DNA from: the human T2T-CHM13v2.0 reference genome, Homo sapiens
Reading direction: 5' to 3' (one strand)
DNA length: 64,000 nt
NCBI RefSeq assembly: GCF_009914755.1
Contig: NC_060931.1
Made by a program: the position numbers and the translations under genes. The notes below the pieces were generated by a model. It was not told the DNA's origin, did no database searches, and saw only the letters and a program-made list of their open reading frames with translations. Position 1 is the stretch's first letter. Every line of letters begins with the position of its first letter. This document shows positions 1-15,240 of the stretch, piece by piece.

Positions 1-2
1 TT

Positions 3-591
<589 letters not shown>

Positions 592-1308
592 TTAGGAAAA
601 AAAAAATACTGTGATACCTAATCACCTGAAGAATATTGTTGTTATCTATCTCATGCTTTATCACGTTTTTGTAATCAAATTAATAGTATTTCAACATTTC
701 ATGCCTTTAAAATTAAGGACAGGGATTTTAAACCATTTTGTTGTAAGGATAGCTTGTGTTGTATAGTTGGAATTCATATATATTGATTTTCTTTTTCTTA
801 TCCACAATTCTTGAAGTTTTACTCTAGGGTGACCCATTCTTTAATAATACAGTTCTCTGAGAATGTCCATAGCTATCTAGAAAAAAAGAATTGATTTAAT
901 AAATTTGCCAACCTGGGTAAAGATGATCCAAACAAAAACAGTGAACTGGGTCTTGAGTTTCAAGTGGAGTGTTTTTATTACGTGGGTGTTGCTACAAGCC
1001 TTTCTGTTACACAGAGATTAATCTATCTTTTGCCAAGATGTTCACTTTTGTGGATATATTTTATACTATCAAGATACTGGCAGATTAATATTCAGTTAGT
1101 TTAAACCAAACAACCAAATGCATAACTTTAAAATGTCACCTAACTCCAAAGAGAGGATATTTATTATATTGAATAACATTTAATCATTTAGCTGTCATTA
1201 ATAATGATCTTAACTTTAATTGTATCATTTCACATATGATTAGCAGTCATTATTTGTAACAAGGGCAAGCATGTTTTGGCTGGGAAGACTGTGTGTATAT
1301 TCAGTCAC

Positions 1309-1442
1309 CTTTGTGTTTTTCTCTGTTAGTATCAGAAAATTCCTCATATTCAAGACCTAATGCTTTCCAGATGACTTGAGTACTTTCAGATTTCGTATGT
1401 TTTAGATTAAATATACATTTCCTTTAAATTTCATTTATATTT
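1309..1442 (-). pseudogene. Candidate exon: NINEI*RKCIFNLKHTKSESTQVIWKALGLEYEEFSDTNREKHK
   Basis: Donor AAG|gtgact, weak acceptor; resembles RGS C-terminal helices; one stop. Confidence 0.45.
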
Positions 1443-2153
1443 CTCAAAATATATAAAACTTTCCCCTTTCAGCAACAACAATACTTATCAAAAATGAGCT
1501 GTCACGGTAAACCTAGTTACAACACCATATCCACACCTCAATTAAAGCCTTGACATCAATGTTCAGGAACAGAACCCAGTTCTGCTGTTTCTCCTTTTCT
1601 TCCCAGTTAACCAGCCAACTCACTCCACCCCTTCTCCACCCCTTCTTTTTATCTTTTTCTTCTTCAACAGGCAATAGTTGATTGTCTTTAACATATTACC
1701 ATAGAAGAGACTTCTTTTTTTTGGTTTTTTTTTTTTAAGTAGTAAAGAGAAAAGGAAGTAGAAAAGTAGGGAAAGCAAAGAGAAATTATCTAGAGGAGAG
1801 AAAAATGGAAACATGAAGGAGGGAACAATATGAAACAAAGGATGACTTTGTTCATATAACACAGACAAACACAATGCAAAGAAGAAAGAAACCAGAGATG
1901 GAAATGTCAAGGCCAAAATTGCTTGAAAGAAACTGGAAGCATAAATGAGACAAAAGAGTAGGGCAACTCAATTTACTTCAGTATTCAATCAACTGAAATT
2001 TTTATTGCTAAGCAAATACATAATCTTCAAATCTCATGATTTTACAAGAAATATAAATAATCATTCAACGTTTTTGTTCTAATTTAAAAGTAAAACAGGT
2101 TACATGACGTTAATATTTAACACACCTCCTTTGTATGTGTGGCGGGGGGAGGG

Positions 2154-2396
2154 GGCATGATTTACGCTCACTGCAGCCTTGACCTCCTGTGCTCAAGCCA
2201 TCCCCTCGCCTCAACCTCTCGAGTAGCTGAGACTACAGGCATACGCCACTATGCCCAGCTAATTTTTGGTTTGTTCTGTAGAGACTGGGTTTTGCCATGT
2301 TGGCCAGGCTGGTCTCAAACTCCAGGCTTCAAGTGATCCACCTGCCTTGGTCCCCCAAAGTGCTAGGATTACAGGTGTGAGTCACCATGCCTGGCC
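2154..2396 (-). mobile_element. AluJ, tail end missing
   Basis: cactgcagccttgacctcc...gctcaag...ctggcc. Confidence 0.85.
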
Positions 2397-2630
2397 TTTA
2401 AGCACTTTTTTAAGTAAAAAAGTAAATGATATTTAAAGCATTACATAGATCCAACTACTGTAACATAAGTTTGCAAATTCCCTATGCGTTCAATGTTAGT
2501 TGCAAATCTATATCACTTGACATGTAGAATATTTATATGAACTAGGAAAAACATCATACTCTATTACATATCAAGTGCTGATTTGTATATAACAATTTTT
2601 TAAATACATTACTCGTGAACTTTAACCTAC

Positions 2631-2971
2631 ATTTTTATAATTTTCAACTTTCAGAATCACTTTTGTCTCCCTATACCTTCTTCAGAAAAATTCATAAACA
2701 ATAGGAAAGTGTAAATGGAATTACAAGAAAGGGCAACAGTGACTTAGCTGCTTCAATGATTTTGTTCTCACCTGAAAAACTGTTCACATTTAAAAATGTT
2801 CAGGATCCCCAGACTGTGTCATCTGTCTTGGGCTCCTTCCCATGTCTTATATCAGTTTGTTCTTAATAAGAAAACTTGAACTTATTCATGTATTAGGCTT
2901 GTGTCAAATACTCAAATTACTGATCTCAGATTTTCTCTTGGCTCTTAAAATTAATCATTACACAAACTCCT
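2631..2971 (-). pseudogene. Candidate exon ending ...HFPIVYEFF*RRYRETKVILKVENYKN
   Basis: Acceptor ccttagttacag|A, donor AAT|gtaggt; end resembles RGS FW..VE.YK motif; many stops. Confidence 0.35.
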
Positions 2972-4656
2972 CTGTAACTAAGGATAACTATGTTAACATA
3001 CAGTGGTGTGTTAGACACAGGCATATCTCTTAGCTATGGTATTTATCAAAGAGCAGACCTAGGATGTTAGCCCAGGCACACTTCCTTGGGTAGCCTGACT
3101 GTTAACCTCTGTGCCATATGGTCTTTCTGCTCTGAATATTTAGTAGTTCAGACATTTAGGCAGAGTTACTCAGTCTTCCTGAGCCTCAGTTTTTAATTTT
3201 TTTTAAATGGGAATAATGCTGTGATACAGTTTTTTTAATTTGTTCTTTTTAACAGCTTTATTGTTTTTTATATATAATTAACATATTATATATCAATTCA
3301 CCCATTTAAAGTGTACATTCTAATGCCTTTTAATATTATAGAAAGATTTTCACTCCTATTTGAAAAGATCAACCATTAAATATTTGAACTGGGATTGGAT
3401 TTGATGAGACCTACATGTATTGGCTATATAGACATGTGCCAAATAGAAATTCAATTTAACATTAATGTTAGACAAACTTTAATGACTTTGACCCTTAAGT
3501 CTTTCTAATTCCTAATGACAGGGTTTTTCCATATATAAAACCTTAGTCTCTCTTCTCCACATTGTCCATCTTGAGCACGTAATCACTATTTAAAAACTTG
3601 TATTTAAACTTACATGAAAAAAATACTAATCATTAGATCCCACATGATAGATTCATATAAACATAAAATTATAATTTAGATTGGCACATGTACCTATGTT
3701 TTTATTTGTGCCATTTTTATCATTTATGTATATATATGGAGTTTATGTTGTCATCTTTTTACTTGTGCAATGAAAATAGTATTTATGACATTGAAGTATG
3801 TGAAGCTGTAAATGGCATTTGTATTCATAAGATACATCGACTGTGTTTCTACATTTAATCACTGGCTAGAGCTATTTATTGCTTCGTGTACTGTTCTTCC
3901 ATAAACAGCAGTACCTCAGTAGGACACCTTCATCTACTGACTCTTTTTCCCTTTCAGTGTAGATCAGAAAAACAGAAACATTTTATAGAAATAAAATATT
4001 GTCACCTTAATCAAGTAAATAAGCTTTAAAAATCTAAATATGGAAATACCAGGAAAATCAAATCAATAAAATCTATAACTAAATACATTTCATTGTGGCA
4101 TTTTCTATTAGATCCTCACATATACAGATAGGTGAAGAATGTGTCATTTTATTTCTCAATGAGATATTAAAACAACTACCTGATTTTTGTGCTTTCTCTC
4201 AAGAGAATTCTTTAAAATTTAAGTAAAATAAATTTTAAAAACTACAATAGTAACAGTAATCCACAGGCAATCAACAACTTATAAGATCTGTTTCAAATGA
4301 CTATTTTTATATCTGTGTTTTGAGACATATGATGTATTTTCTCATGTAGATTTTAATTAGGAACCTGAGCATGCATTTAAATTTCTACTTAGTTTCAGTC
4401 ACTGGTTCTAGAATCACCACCTGTAGTCATGGTGTCTAGTGGACTTCAAATAATATGTAAATTAATAACCTTGGAAATATCACTTGATTGATGTGGGCTG
4501 GCGGTCATTTATTTTCATTAATAGCATAAGGGTGATTTACTGTATTTCACTGAGAAAAAAAAAGCCAAGTCTGTTTCACACATGTAGCACATTTGTAAAT
4601 GCATAGCGGAAACCTAAAGAACTCATCATATTGCCTGATGCAAACTAGAAATTTAG

Positions 4657-5067
<411 letters not shown>

Positions 5068-5304
5068 TAACTTACTAAGAGCCAAACATTATGATAGGAA
5101 TCATGTGCTTCATAAAGTTATATATATATATTTGTACTTACTACCCACAAATTGGGTTACATTTGTGTGTTTGTATATTATATATAAATGTTATATGAGA
5201 CAACTTATTTTCCAGTCTTAGGATGTGATGCCCTTTGCTATTTAAAAAAATGTTTTAAACTTGAAACTTGTGTCTAGAATTCCAAGTCAAGAACCCTTGT
5301 AAGT

Positions 5305-5878
5305 TACATTGCTTGGGAGAATGTAAAATGGGATAGCTGCTTTGGAATAGCTTAAATGTAGAGTTATCATTTGACTCAGCAACTGAACTCCTCGATATTG
5401 ACCCAGGAAAGAGAAAAACACGGGTTTACACAAAAACATGTACATGAAATGTTAATAGTGGCAATATTCATAATAGTAGAAACAGGCCAAATGTTCATCA
5501 GTTGATGAGCAGATGAATAAAATTGGTGTATTCATTCAATAGAATATTATTTGTCAATAAAAATGAGTAAGTTACTGATACATGCTACAACATGAATAAA
5601 CCTTCGAAACATGTCAAGTGAAAGAAGCCACTCATGAAAGATCACATATTGTATAATTCTATTTATATGAAATATCCAAATTAGGCAAATCCATAGAGAA
5701 GAAAGTCAATGAGTGTTTGCCTAGGACGGGAGTAAGGTGTTAGGGGAAATGGGGAGTAACTGCTAATAGGTATGGGGTTTCTTTTGGGAGTAATAATATG
5801 TTCTAAGATTGATAGTGGTGATGGTTGCATAACTTTGTAAATACACTAAAAGCCATTGAATCATACACTTTAAATGCA
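5305..5878 (+). mobile_element. Old L1 (L1MB/MC-type) 3' region
   Basis: gaatgtaaaatgg...atacatgctacaacatgaataaacct...gtgatggttgcataactttgtaaat. Confidence 0.8.
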
Positions 5879-6076
5879 TAGTGCAATTACTAGACTGCAA
5901 ATCTAGACAATGTTGCCTTTATTCAAGTACCTGGGCCATAGTAGGCACACAATAAATATATAATGAAAGAAAAAAGGTAAGTAAACAAGCCAGAAGCATT
6001 ACACACAAGAAAAATTAACCAAAATTTGGTATTGGATCTGTTTAAACTCAATATAACTGAAATGAATTCTAATTAC

Positions 6077-6516
6077 CCTGCTAAGAGCCAAGATTGATTC
6101 CTGGGAGGGGTAGATTTGTAGAGATGGGGGCTTGTCTTCTTCTATTGTTTCAAAGGACATATTCAGCCCAGGAAAATGAGACAGAGGCTGGACTGAGTGC
6201 TGCTGGTAGAAGATGACAGGAAAAGGCTTTAGTTGTAACTTTGAAGCTACAGTCCCACTCATACATATTAGTGGTTCTCCAGCTTGAACATGCACCATAA
6301 ACACCTGGAAGACCTGTGAAAACACAGATGACTAGTGCCCGAACCCTGAATCCCTGATTCAGTAGGTCTGGGTGGGGCCCAAGAATTTACATGTCGGATA
6401 TATTTGAAAGTGATACTGATTCTGCTGGTAAACGGACTACACTTTAAGAACCACTTGCATATATGTATGTTATTAATAAAATAAATGTTTACGAATGGGA
6501 TATGATGGGAGGTGAG
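6077..6516 (-). pseudogene. Candidate exon interrupted by MER5A, ending ...SFETIEEDKPPSLQIYPSQESILALSR
   Basis: Acceptor ttttctccttttttctag|C, donor AGG|gtaatt, open frame after the MER5A (ORF 5999..6325). Confidence 0.4.
6269..6456. mobile_element. MER5A hAT MITE
   Basis: Termini agtggttctc...gaaccact, core gattcagtaggtctgggtggggccc. Confidence 0.9.
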
Positions 6517-6589
6517 CTAGAAAAAAGGAGAAAAATATATAAAAGGAAATAATACACTGAAAACAAATTTGTAATTCAATAAACAAACT

Positions 6590-6883
6590 CAGAGCAAAGC
6601 TTCTAACACTGCAGATCATCTTGGCACATGGTGGGAACGGGGATTCAGTGAAGTGAGCTTTAGCATCAGGTGTTCCTGTTAACACCACTTTCTGAGTTAA
6701 ATCCCGTCAGGTCTGCTGCTCACTTTCATGTATAAAGGCCACTGATGCTGACATATACCAAAAATAGCTCCAGCAACATGAGAAGCAAAGTTGGAAGTCC
6801 CTCTTCAGTGTTAGAATCAGGGTGTCAAAGACCACATTCTTCCCAAGACATGTACCGTCAAGGCCATCTTCTTCCCCACTTGG
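6590..6883 (-). pseudogene. Candidate exon: PSGEEDGLDGTCLGKNVVFDTLILTLKRDFQLCFSCCWSYFWYMS...
   Basis: Frame open from 6883 into ORF 6473..6688 with one TGA; acceptor ttttaaa (AG>AA); donor not located. Confidence 0.4.
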
Positions 6884-6958
6884 TTTAAAACTCTATTATC
6901 AATGTTATTATGTTGGGTTGGTAATCTTATTATGTTGAATATTATGTTACTCTATTAC

Positions 6959-7065
6959 CAACGTTATTTTATTGGGTGCATTCAAATGCACAAACCATCT
7001 GGGCAGAAGCATCTCTCCCATAAATACAAATATCCATTTGCCATTATCAAGTATCAGTTTATCAC
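6959..7065 (-). pseudogene. Candidate exon: GDKLILDNGKWIFVFMGEMLLPRWFVHLNAPNKITL
   Basis: Acceptor ctccttcccag|G, donor TTG|gtaata, stop-free, phase matches previous exon; FVHLNAPNKITL resembles the RGS helix5-loop FI..xAPKEINL motif. Confidence 0.55.
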
Positions 7066-7197
7066 CTGGGAAGGAGATTTCCACGCTCTATTAAGCCAAA
7101 AGTTATTTTGGTTTGGGTAAGAAAATCAGTATAGATTTGATTTAATGCAAATATTTCACTCTAAAATGGAATGATTAAGATATTTTATTTAACTTAC

Positions 7198-7365
7198 CAC
7201 GCAAATCATTTAGCAAGAAAAAATAATCAGCAAGAAAATATTATGAGTACTTTAAAAACAGTCTTAGATGTTTCCAAGGCTACTTTATGAGATATTAAAA
7301 GACAATTTCATCCATTTTGATAATTTCCAGTAGGACTGAGCTTCATATGGGTTGCAGAATCCTTT
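7198..7365 (-). pseudogene. Candidate exon: RILQPI*SSVLLEIIKMDEIVF*YLIK*PWKHLRLFLKYS*YFLADYFFLLNDLR
   Basis: Long pyrimidine tract ending cccgg (AG>GG), donor GTG|gtaagt, 168 nt, phase 1-1, four stops. Confidence 0.5.
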
Positions 7366-7532
7366 CCGGGAACAAAAGCAAAAAATAAGCAAAACTATTT
7401 TAGTTAAAAATAGGAAATGGTTTTAGGGCTTTTTGGGCAGAAAAGTAATCTGGGTACTCCAAAGAAAATGTGGTATGGAAAGAAAAATAATTCAATACAG
7501 AAAGTGTAGAAGTGTAATTCAGTCTTCCTCTT

Positions 7533-7852
7533 CTTTTTATTTTTTACTTTTTTTTTTTTTTTTTTTTGCCGTAGGGTCTCCCTGTGTTGCCCAGATTAGA
7601 GTGCAGTGTCACGAACACAGTTCATTGCAGCCTCAACCTCCTGTGCTCAAGGGATCCTCCGGCCTCAGGCCCTCAAGTAGCTGGGACTACAAGTGCGCAG
7701 CACCATGCCTGGCTAATTTTGGAGTATTGTTTTAGTAGAGACAGCGTTTCGCCATTTTGTTCAGGCAGTCTCAAACTCCTTAGCTCAAGAGATCCACCAG
7801 CCTCAGCCTCCCAGAGTGCTGGGATTACAGGCATGAGCCACTGCGCTTAGCC
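7533..7852 (-). mobile_element. AluJ
   Basis: Poly-T, J-type dimer, TSD cttc.tcttctttt. Confidence 0.9.
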
Positions 7853-8569
7853 CTTCTTCTTCTTTTAACTCTCTAAATTTCCCAAGGAAATCTGTATCAT
7901 CTGGAGACAGATGCTTTAATTCTGTATTTCTGTTATGTCAACTAATATGCATAAACGGATAGGAGCACTAGTGCAAACACTGCCACTGGTAAATACATGA
8001 ATTGGGTTACTGTAACATTTGTGATTTCCAATTAGAATTTTGTAAACGTAATGACTTTTGAAAACCATTTCCAAAGCCACATATATGCAATATTTTACTT
8101 TACAAGAAACATTGCATCATGACTGTAAATATTAGATAATTCTCTGTTAACTTTCAGAATCAGATTATGTGAACTGGCAAGCCAATTATTGGGTTTAAAT
8201 TAAAGTATAATCAACATTATTAAACTACCTTGATACTGTTAAGGAAATCAAGCCTCTGAAATACATACCTACTTTAGTAATAATTTATAAAATGAAATAG
8301 GTTAATTCTTGTCATCATATGCTCAATATTTTCAAGTGTTATCACCCATAGAATTTGGTTCTAATTATACCACTCTTATATAAAACTGTTGCAAACAGTC
8401 ATATGTTTTTACATTTTTTCTCATTAATACAAAAATAGTTCCATTCTTGGAGGTAATTTGACGAGATTAAATTCACACATGCTTTAATGTAACCAAGACC
8501 CTTAAAAATAAAAATGGATTGAGGATCATGCTAAATTATATCTAACAATGTATTTTACCTAGTACTTAC

Positions 8570-8626
8570 CTTTAAAGGAATATTCAACAAACTGCTGAAC
8601 AAAATAGGCAAATAATGTTTCTGTAC
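8570..8626 (-). pseudogene. Candidate exon: (G)TETLFAYFVQQFVEYSFK
   Basis: Acceptor ttatttag|G, consensus donor AAG|gtaagt, 57 nt, phase 1-1, stop-free. Confidence 0.55.
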
Positions 8627-9053
8627 CTAAATAACTACAAATTTTAGCACTGATTAATATAGTCTCAGAATGAATTATAAGCATTAACGCTATGGTTTTT
8701 ATAAATTTTGGTATCTTAATAGGGGAAAAATGAACACATTCTACAGTATTAAAATTTTTTTTTAAGATTGAGATTTTTCTTCTGATTATATAAGTAATTC
8801 TTTATTAGGTTAGCATTGACTTATTTGACAAATAAACCCTTAAACATGAATGGTTTAACACAGAAAAAAAAAATAGGTTTTGCTTACTATAATGTAGTCC
8901 AATGCAGGCTTGCTTGACAGCAGGCAGATTTCTCCTAGTGGTAATTCAAGGACCCAGGCTCTTTCCTCCTTCTGGCTCCTCTGTCTCTAGGGCCTTAACG
9001 TTCTTTGCATCCAGATAAAAGGAGAATGGGGGACTGGACAAGGAATATCCACT

Positions 9054-9199
9054 TTTTAAATTGTTATTATTATACTTTAAGTTTTAGGGTACATGTGCAC
9101 AACATGCAGGCTTCCTACATATGTATACATGTGCCACACCGGTGCACTGCACCCATCAGCTCGTCATCCACACTAGGTACATCTCCCAATGCCATCCCT
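9054..9199 (-). mobile_element. 5'-truncated L1PA4-like 3' end, T>C-rich
   Basis: ttatactttaagttttagggtacatgtgcac...; TSD actt(t/c)tt followed by aa. Confidence 0.9.
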
Positions 9200-9441
9200 A
9201 ACTTCTTAATGGCTTGAAACCTGTCACTTCTACTCTCATTCTCTAGAGGTAAACTACTCAGTCATATAGCCTCACCTAGATGCAAATAGAGGTTGACAAA
9301 TGAAGTTCCTGCCTAGGCAGTAACTTCCCATAAATTTGACGACTCTGCCACGGACTATCCTCTGACAACCAAATGTTGGTGCTTCTTTCTTCCCACACAT
9401 AGAACATTCTTCTTCCTTCTAAGCTAAGTTCCTATCCCATC

Positions 9442-10064
<623 letters not shown>

Positions 10065-10496
10065 CCATCATTTTATCCAGCTCCATGTCCAGGATCTCTA
10101 CACAATGCACAGTTCTCTCTACTTCATTCACATAGGGCCCCGCATGTTCCTGTGATAGCTAAAGAACAAGTTTCCTGCCCATCCCCTTACTACACACCTG
10201 CAGTATAAAATTTGGACAGTGTAAGGATTGCTGCCACAATTCTCATTTGCAAAAGAACCAATGGTATATAAATACAAAATTTACTGTTTCTCAGCAATGA
10301 CAAAATTTTGCTGTTCAGATGTGATGACGAAAACTTAATTTTGAAGAAGTTCTACAAAGCCTTGACTTATCTCTCTGAGATTAACTTTCTTATCTATTAC
10401 CTTTGATGGCCTCTGGTTCCAATTTATGGGAGTTTTGTCTTTGTCTGTTATCCTCCGTGACTGCTTCTAAAGTGCACAGTGAAGAATATTCCCACT

Positions 10497-10997
10497 CTAG
10501 TGAGCAGAACAGTAGTCCCCTCATAAAAGTTTACATCTGAATCCTTAGTACCGGTGAATGTGTCATAATATAGCAAGGGAAAATTAGGATTGTAGATGAA
10601 ATTAAGGTTGCTACCTGACCTTGAGATGGGAATATTATTCTGGATTATCTGGCTGGGGTGGGGGCCTGATATAATCAGAAGGTGGAAAAGAGAGGCAGGA
10701 AAGTCAGTGTAGAATGATGCAGCTTGAAAAAGACTGGACCTCCATCTCTGGCTTCTAAGATGAAAAGGTCACAAGCTAAGAAATGCAATGTTGTCTAGAT
10801 GCTGTGAAAAGCAAGGAAACAGATTCTCTCCTAGAGCCTCCAGAAGGTATGCAGCCCTGCTGACATTTTGATTTTAGCTCAGTGAGACCTATTTTGGATT
10901 TCTGACCTCTGGAACTAAAAGATAATACATTTGAGTTGTTTTAAGTCACTATACTTTCAGTGATTTATAATAGCAGCAGCAATAGGAAACTAATGCA
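10497..10997 (+). mobile_element. MLT1D-like LTR
   Basis: gaccttgagatggg...ctagagcctccagaagg...ggaaactaatgca. Confidence 0.85.
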
Positions 10998-11066
10998 ACC
11001 TCCTTGGAAGCTACACAGATTTTTGGATTATAATCTCTATTATTGCAAATTTGTGGGGATAGAGAC

Positions 11067-11118
<52 letters not shown>

Positions 11119-11134
11119 GTGTATATATATATAT
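11067..11134. repeat. (TA)n(TG)n(TA)n microsatellite
   Basis: Seen directly. Confidence 0.95.
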
Positions 11135-11212
11135 AAAGTTGTAGTCTTTTTTTTAAGGCCAGACTCATGTTTTGTTTAGTTCTTAACAATAGGATTATCT
11201 TAAAATTTAAAG

Positions 11213-11439
11213 CAGGGATGTCCAATCTTTTGGCTTCCCTGGGCCACATTGGAAGAAGAAGAATTGTCTTCTTGGGCCACAGATAAAATACAGTAACAGT
11301 AACAATAGCTGATGAGCTAAAACAAAAAATCGCAAAAAAACTCATAATGTTTTTAAAAAGTTTATTCATTTGTGTTAGGCTGCATTCAAAGCCGTCCTGA
11401 GCCACATGCAGCCCACAGGCCGTAGGTTAAACAGGCTTG
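11213..11439. mobile_element. MER30 hAT MITE
   Basis: cagggatgtccaatcttttggcttccctggg...; 8-bp TSD attta(a/g)ag. Confidence 0.9.
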
Positions 11440-12211
11440 ATTTAGAGGCTTCTAATTACTTTTGTCAGTACCAACTTACAATAACTATACTCAAAAGTTT
11501 TTTCCTAGACGTAATACTCAACTTGTCTTCAGGATTTTTTTTCTTGCGATCCTCTCTCTCTCTCTCTTTAATATTAGCTGCTTTAGAACCATCTGAAAGT
11601 ATAAGCTTATTTGGGAATGAAACCCTCTTAAACTGATGTTTATCATAGGCCTGAACTTTTCATCCCATTCTTACATGAGCCCTTCTCTTGTAACACTTCA
11701 TTAAGTCAAACAAGAATGAAGCAACTCACAGCATCTTCATTATAGATTTTTTTAAATATCTCTTTCTTTATACAGAGTTATAGGTTTGGTAGTGATGTAG
11801 TTGGCTTATTAAGTTCTGCTGGTGACAATTTGACCAAATGTTTTGACACTCCATAACATGCATCCCTAACTTTCTAGTCTGTTACATCAATTTATTTGCA
11901 GACAGTCTCCTAACCATTGAACCAGTACCACATGCTTTAGGTTTTTGTTCTGGTAGCAGTCAGTTCAAAGAATTAATTTCTGTATGAGTTTGAGAATGTT
12001 AACTGTTGTTACAAATAAACCGATGTGTTTCAACGGCTCAACGAAATGGGCATTTACTTCTCACTCTATGAATAGTACGATGTGGAGATTCATCCAGATG
12101 TTTGTTATGCTAAAAGCATAGCAAAGTTTTCAATAGTTTCTCCATGCTGCAGGGACAAGGAGTAGAGTTCTGGAACTTTCATGAAAGACATACATTTAAG
12201 AACCCTAGAGT

Positions 12212-12510
12212 GGCCGACTGTAGCGGCTCACGCCTGTAATCCCAGCAATTTGAGGAGGGTTGATCACTTGAGACCAGGAGTTCAAGACCAGTTTGGCCAA
12301 CATGGCAGAACACTGTCTTTTCTAAAAATACAAAGATTAGCCAGGCTTGGTGTCATGTGCCTGTAGTCCCAGCTACTTGGGAGACTGAGGCACAAGAATC
12401 ACATGAACCCAGGAGGCAGAGATTGCAGTGAGCCGAGATCGTGCCACTGCACTGAAACACGGACAATATAATGAGACTGTCTCAAAAAATAAAATAAAAT
12501 AAAATAAAAT
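12212..12510 (+). mobile_element. Old Alu (Jb/Sz-like)
   Basis: gatcacttgagaccagg; TSD aagaaccctagagt / aaaagccctatact. Confidence 0.9.
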
Positions 12511-13411
12511 AAAAGCCCTATACTGTATGCCCTCAGCAAAGGGGAAATCCAAAAATAGACAAAATATTATCGAAACCTTAACCCAGAAGTCACTGCTCAT
12601 GGAAAAAAGATTCCATCAATCCTGTGGCCCTAAGTTCCCTGAATCTCAGAGTGATCTGCAGAAGAGGGCAGAGAAGAGAAGAAATGCCTTCTTTGTAAGT
12701 GACTTTGCATAAAAGCAACTCACAGAATTTTTGCTCACATTTCAATGGAGGAAGTAGTCACATGGCGCTGTCTGTTTGCATGGGTTTGCCAAAGTCAATT
12801 CTATACTATGGGAAGAGAGCTACACTTCTGTTGTTCAACAGTTAGCTGTCTTTGCTGCTAATACATACTTATCATATACGGGAAATAATGTTTTTAAATT
12901 TTTCTTACTTATAAAGGATTTGCTTACTAGAACTATATCCTCAACCAAGATAGGAAACCAGTGCTTTTGAGGTAAGACGCTACCTCCTGGCAGGTGGAGT
13001 ATCAAGCACAAAATGTTGATTAGTTAGAGAACTGAATGCTTGAATACGTGACCAAGATAAAGGTCAGGATCACAAACCTACCATTTACCAAGATCTGCAA
13101 CAGACCCTAGGAAATAGCACACACACACAAGCACACACATGCACACGCACATGTACACCTAGTACAATGTTCCCTATCTTCAAGGACTTTAAGATTTGGT
13201 TGAGGAAAAGGATTAAGCAAATAACCCAATTAAGTACAGAAATTGAGAAGTGCTATAGATGAAAAGTATAAGGTACTAGGAAACAGTTAAACAGCAAAAC
13301 TTAATATTGATTGAAGAATTAGTAAATAGTTTCTTGAATGAAGATATCCAGAAGAGGAAAAACAGCGAGGTGAAGAGTGCGGTAAAAAACATTCCAATAA
13401 AAGAAAAAACT

Positions 13412-13882
<471 letters not shown>

Positions 13883-14268
13883 TCAATCAGGGTAAAGGGT
13901 CCAGAGGTTTGGAGAAAGAACTATAAAGAAGTGCACTAACATTCCTAAGCAAAGGTCTGAGAATATGGCTTTGCCTGGGCAAAAAGATCACCGCTGGAGG
14001 AAAGAGATATCTGGAGAGATTTCAGTGGTCTTGCAAGGCTGAAGTAAAAGAAAAAAGCAAAATAAAGAAACGGTGGTACAAAGATCCTGAGAGAAGAGAG
14101 ACTTGGAGAATTGTACCGGACACATGGTCAGTTTAACAGGTTATGAAGAAAGTTTCTGAAAAGCATAGCAAAGTTTTCAAGAGTTTCACCATGCTGGGGT
14201 GTACAAGGATTAAAGTTATAGACCTTTCATGAAAAGGGCTAAGACATAATTTTAAGAGCCCTAGTGTT

Positions 14269-14587
<319 letters not shown>

Positions 14588-14591
14588 CTAG

Positions 14592-15240
14592 TGTTACCAG
14601 TGGGGGTTGGGTGGGGGTCTTACTAGGAGTTGTCCAGGTTCTTGGCATTTTGAACAAGGAATTGGACAAAATGCACAAACAAAGCAATGACAGAATAAAA
14701 CAATGAAAGCACAGATTTATTTAAACAAAAGAACACTCCACAGGGTACGAGTCAGTTTGAGCAAGAGGCTCAAGAGCACTGGTTACAGAATTTTCTGGGG
14801 CTTAAATATGCTCTAGAGGTTTCCCAATGGTTACTTGGTTTACACCCTATGTAAATGAAGGAGTGGCCCCACAACCAGTCTGATTGGTTGTGGAAGGCAT
14901 CCAATCAGAGGCTGAAATGAAGTTACAAAGTTATAAGCTATGCAAACATCTGATTGCTTGTGGGAGGGGACCAATCAGAGGCTGAAGTGAAGTTACAAAG
15001 TTACACCCCTATGCAAATAAACAATAGGCCCCTGACCAGACTGATTGGTTGTGGGAGGGGACCAGTGAGAGGTGCTTTCCATTTCTCATCTGCCATGCAG
15101 AAAGGAGAGGGCTGCAAAGGGAGTACCCTCTGTTCTTTTGTTCCTTGGGTGTGGAAAGTTGGGGTTTTCCTTTTGATTTAGTTCTAGGAAGTCAGAATGA
15201 ATCGGCCTTAGGTTCCCTGCTTCCAGATTTCATTCTTCTG
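14592..15240 (-). mobile_element. MER51-family ERV1 solo LTR
   Basis: tgttaccagtgg...gtccaggttcttggc; repeated ccaatcagaggctgaa.tgaagttacaaag units; far terminus slightly deleted. Confidence 0.85.
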
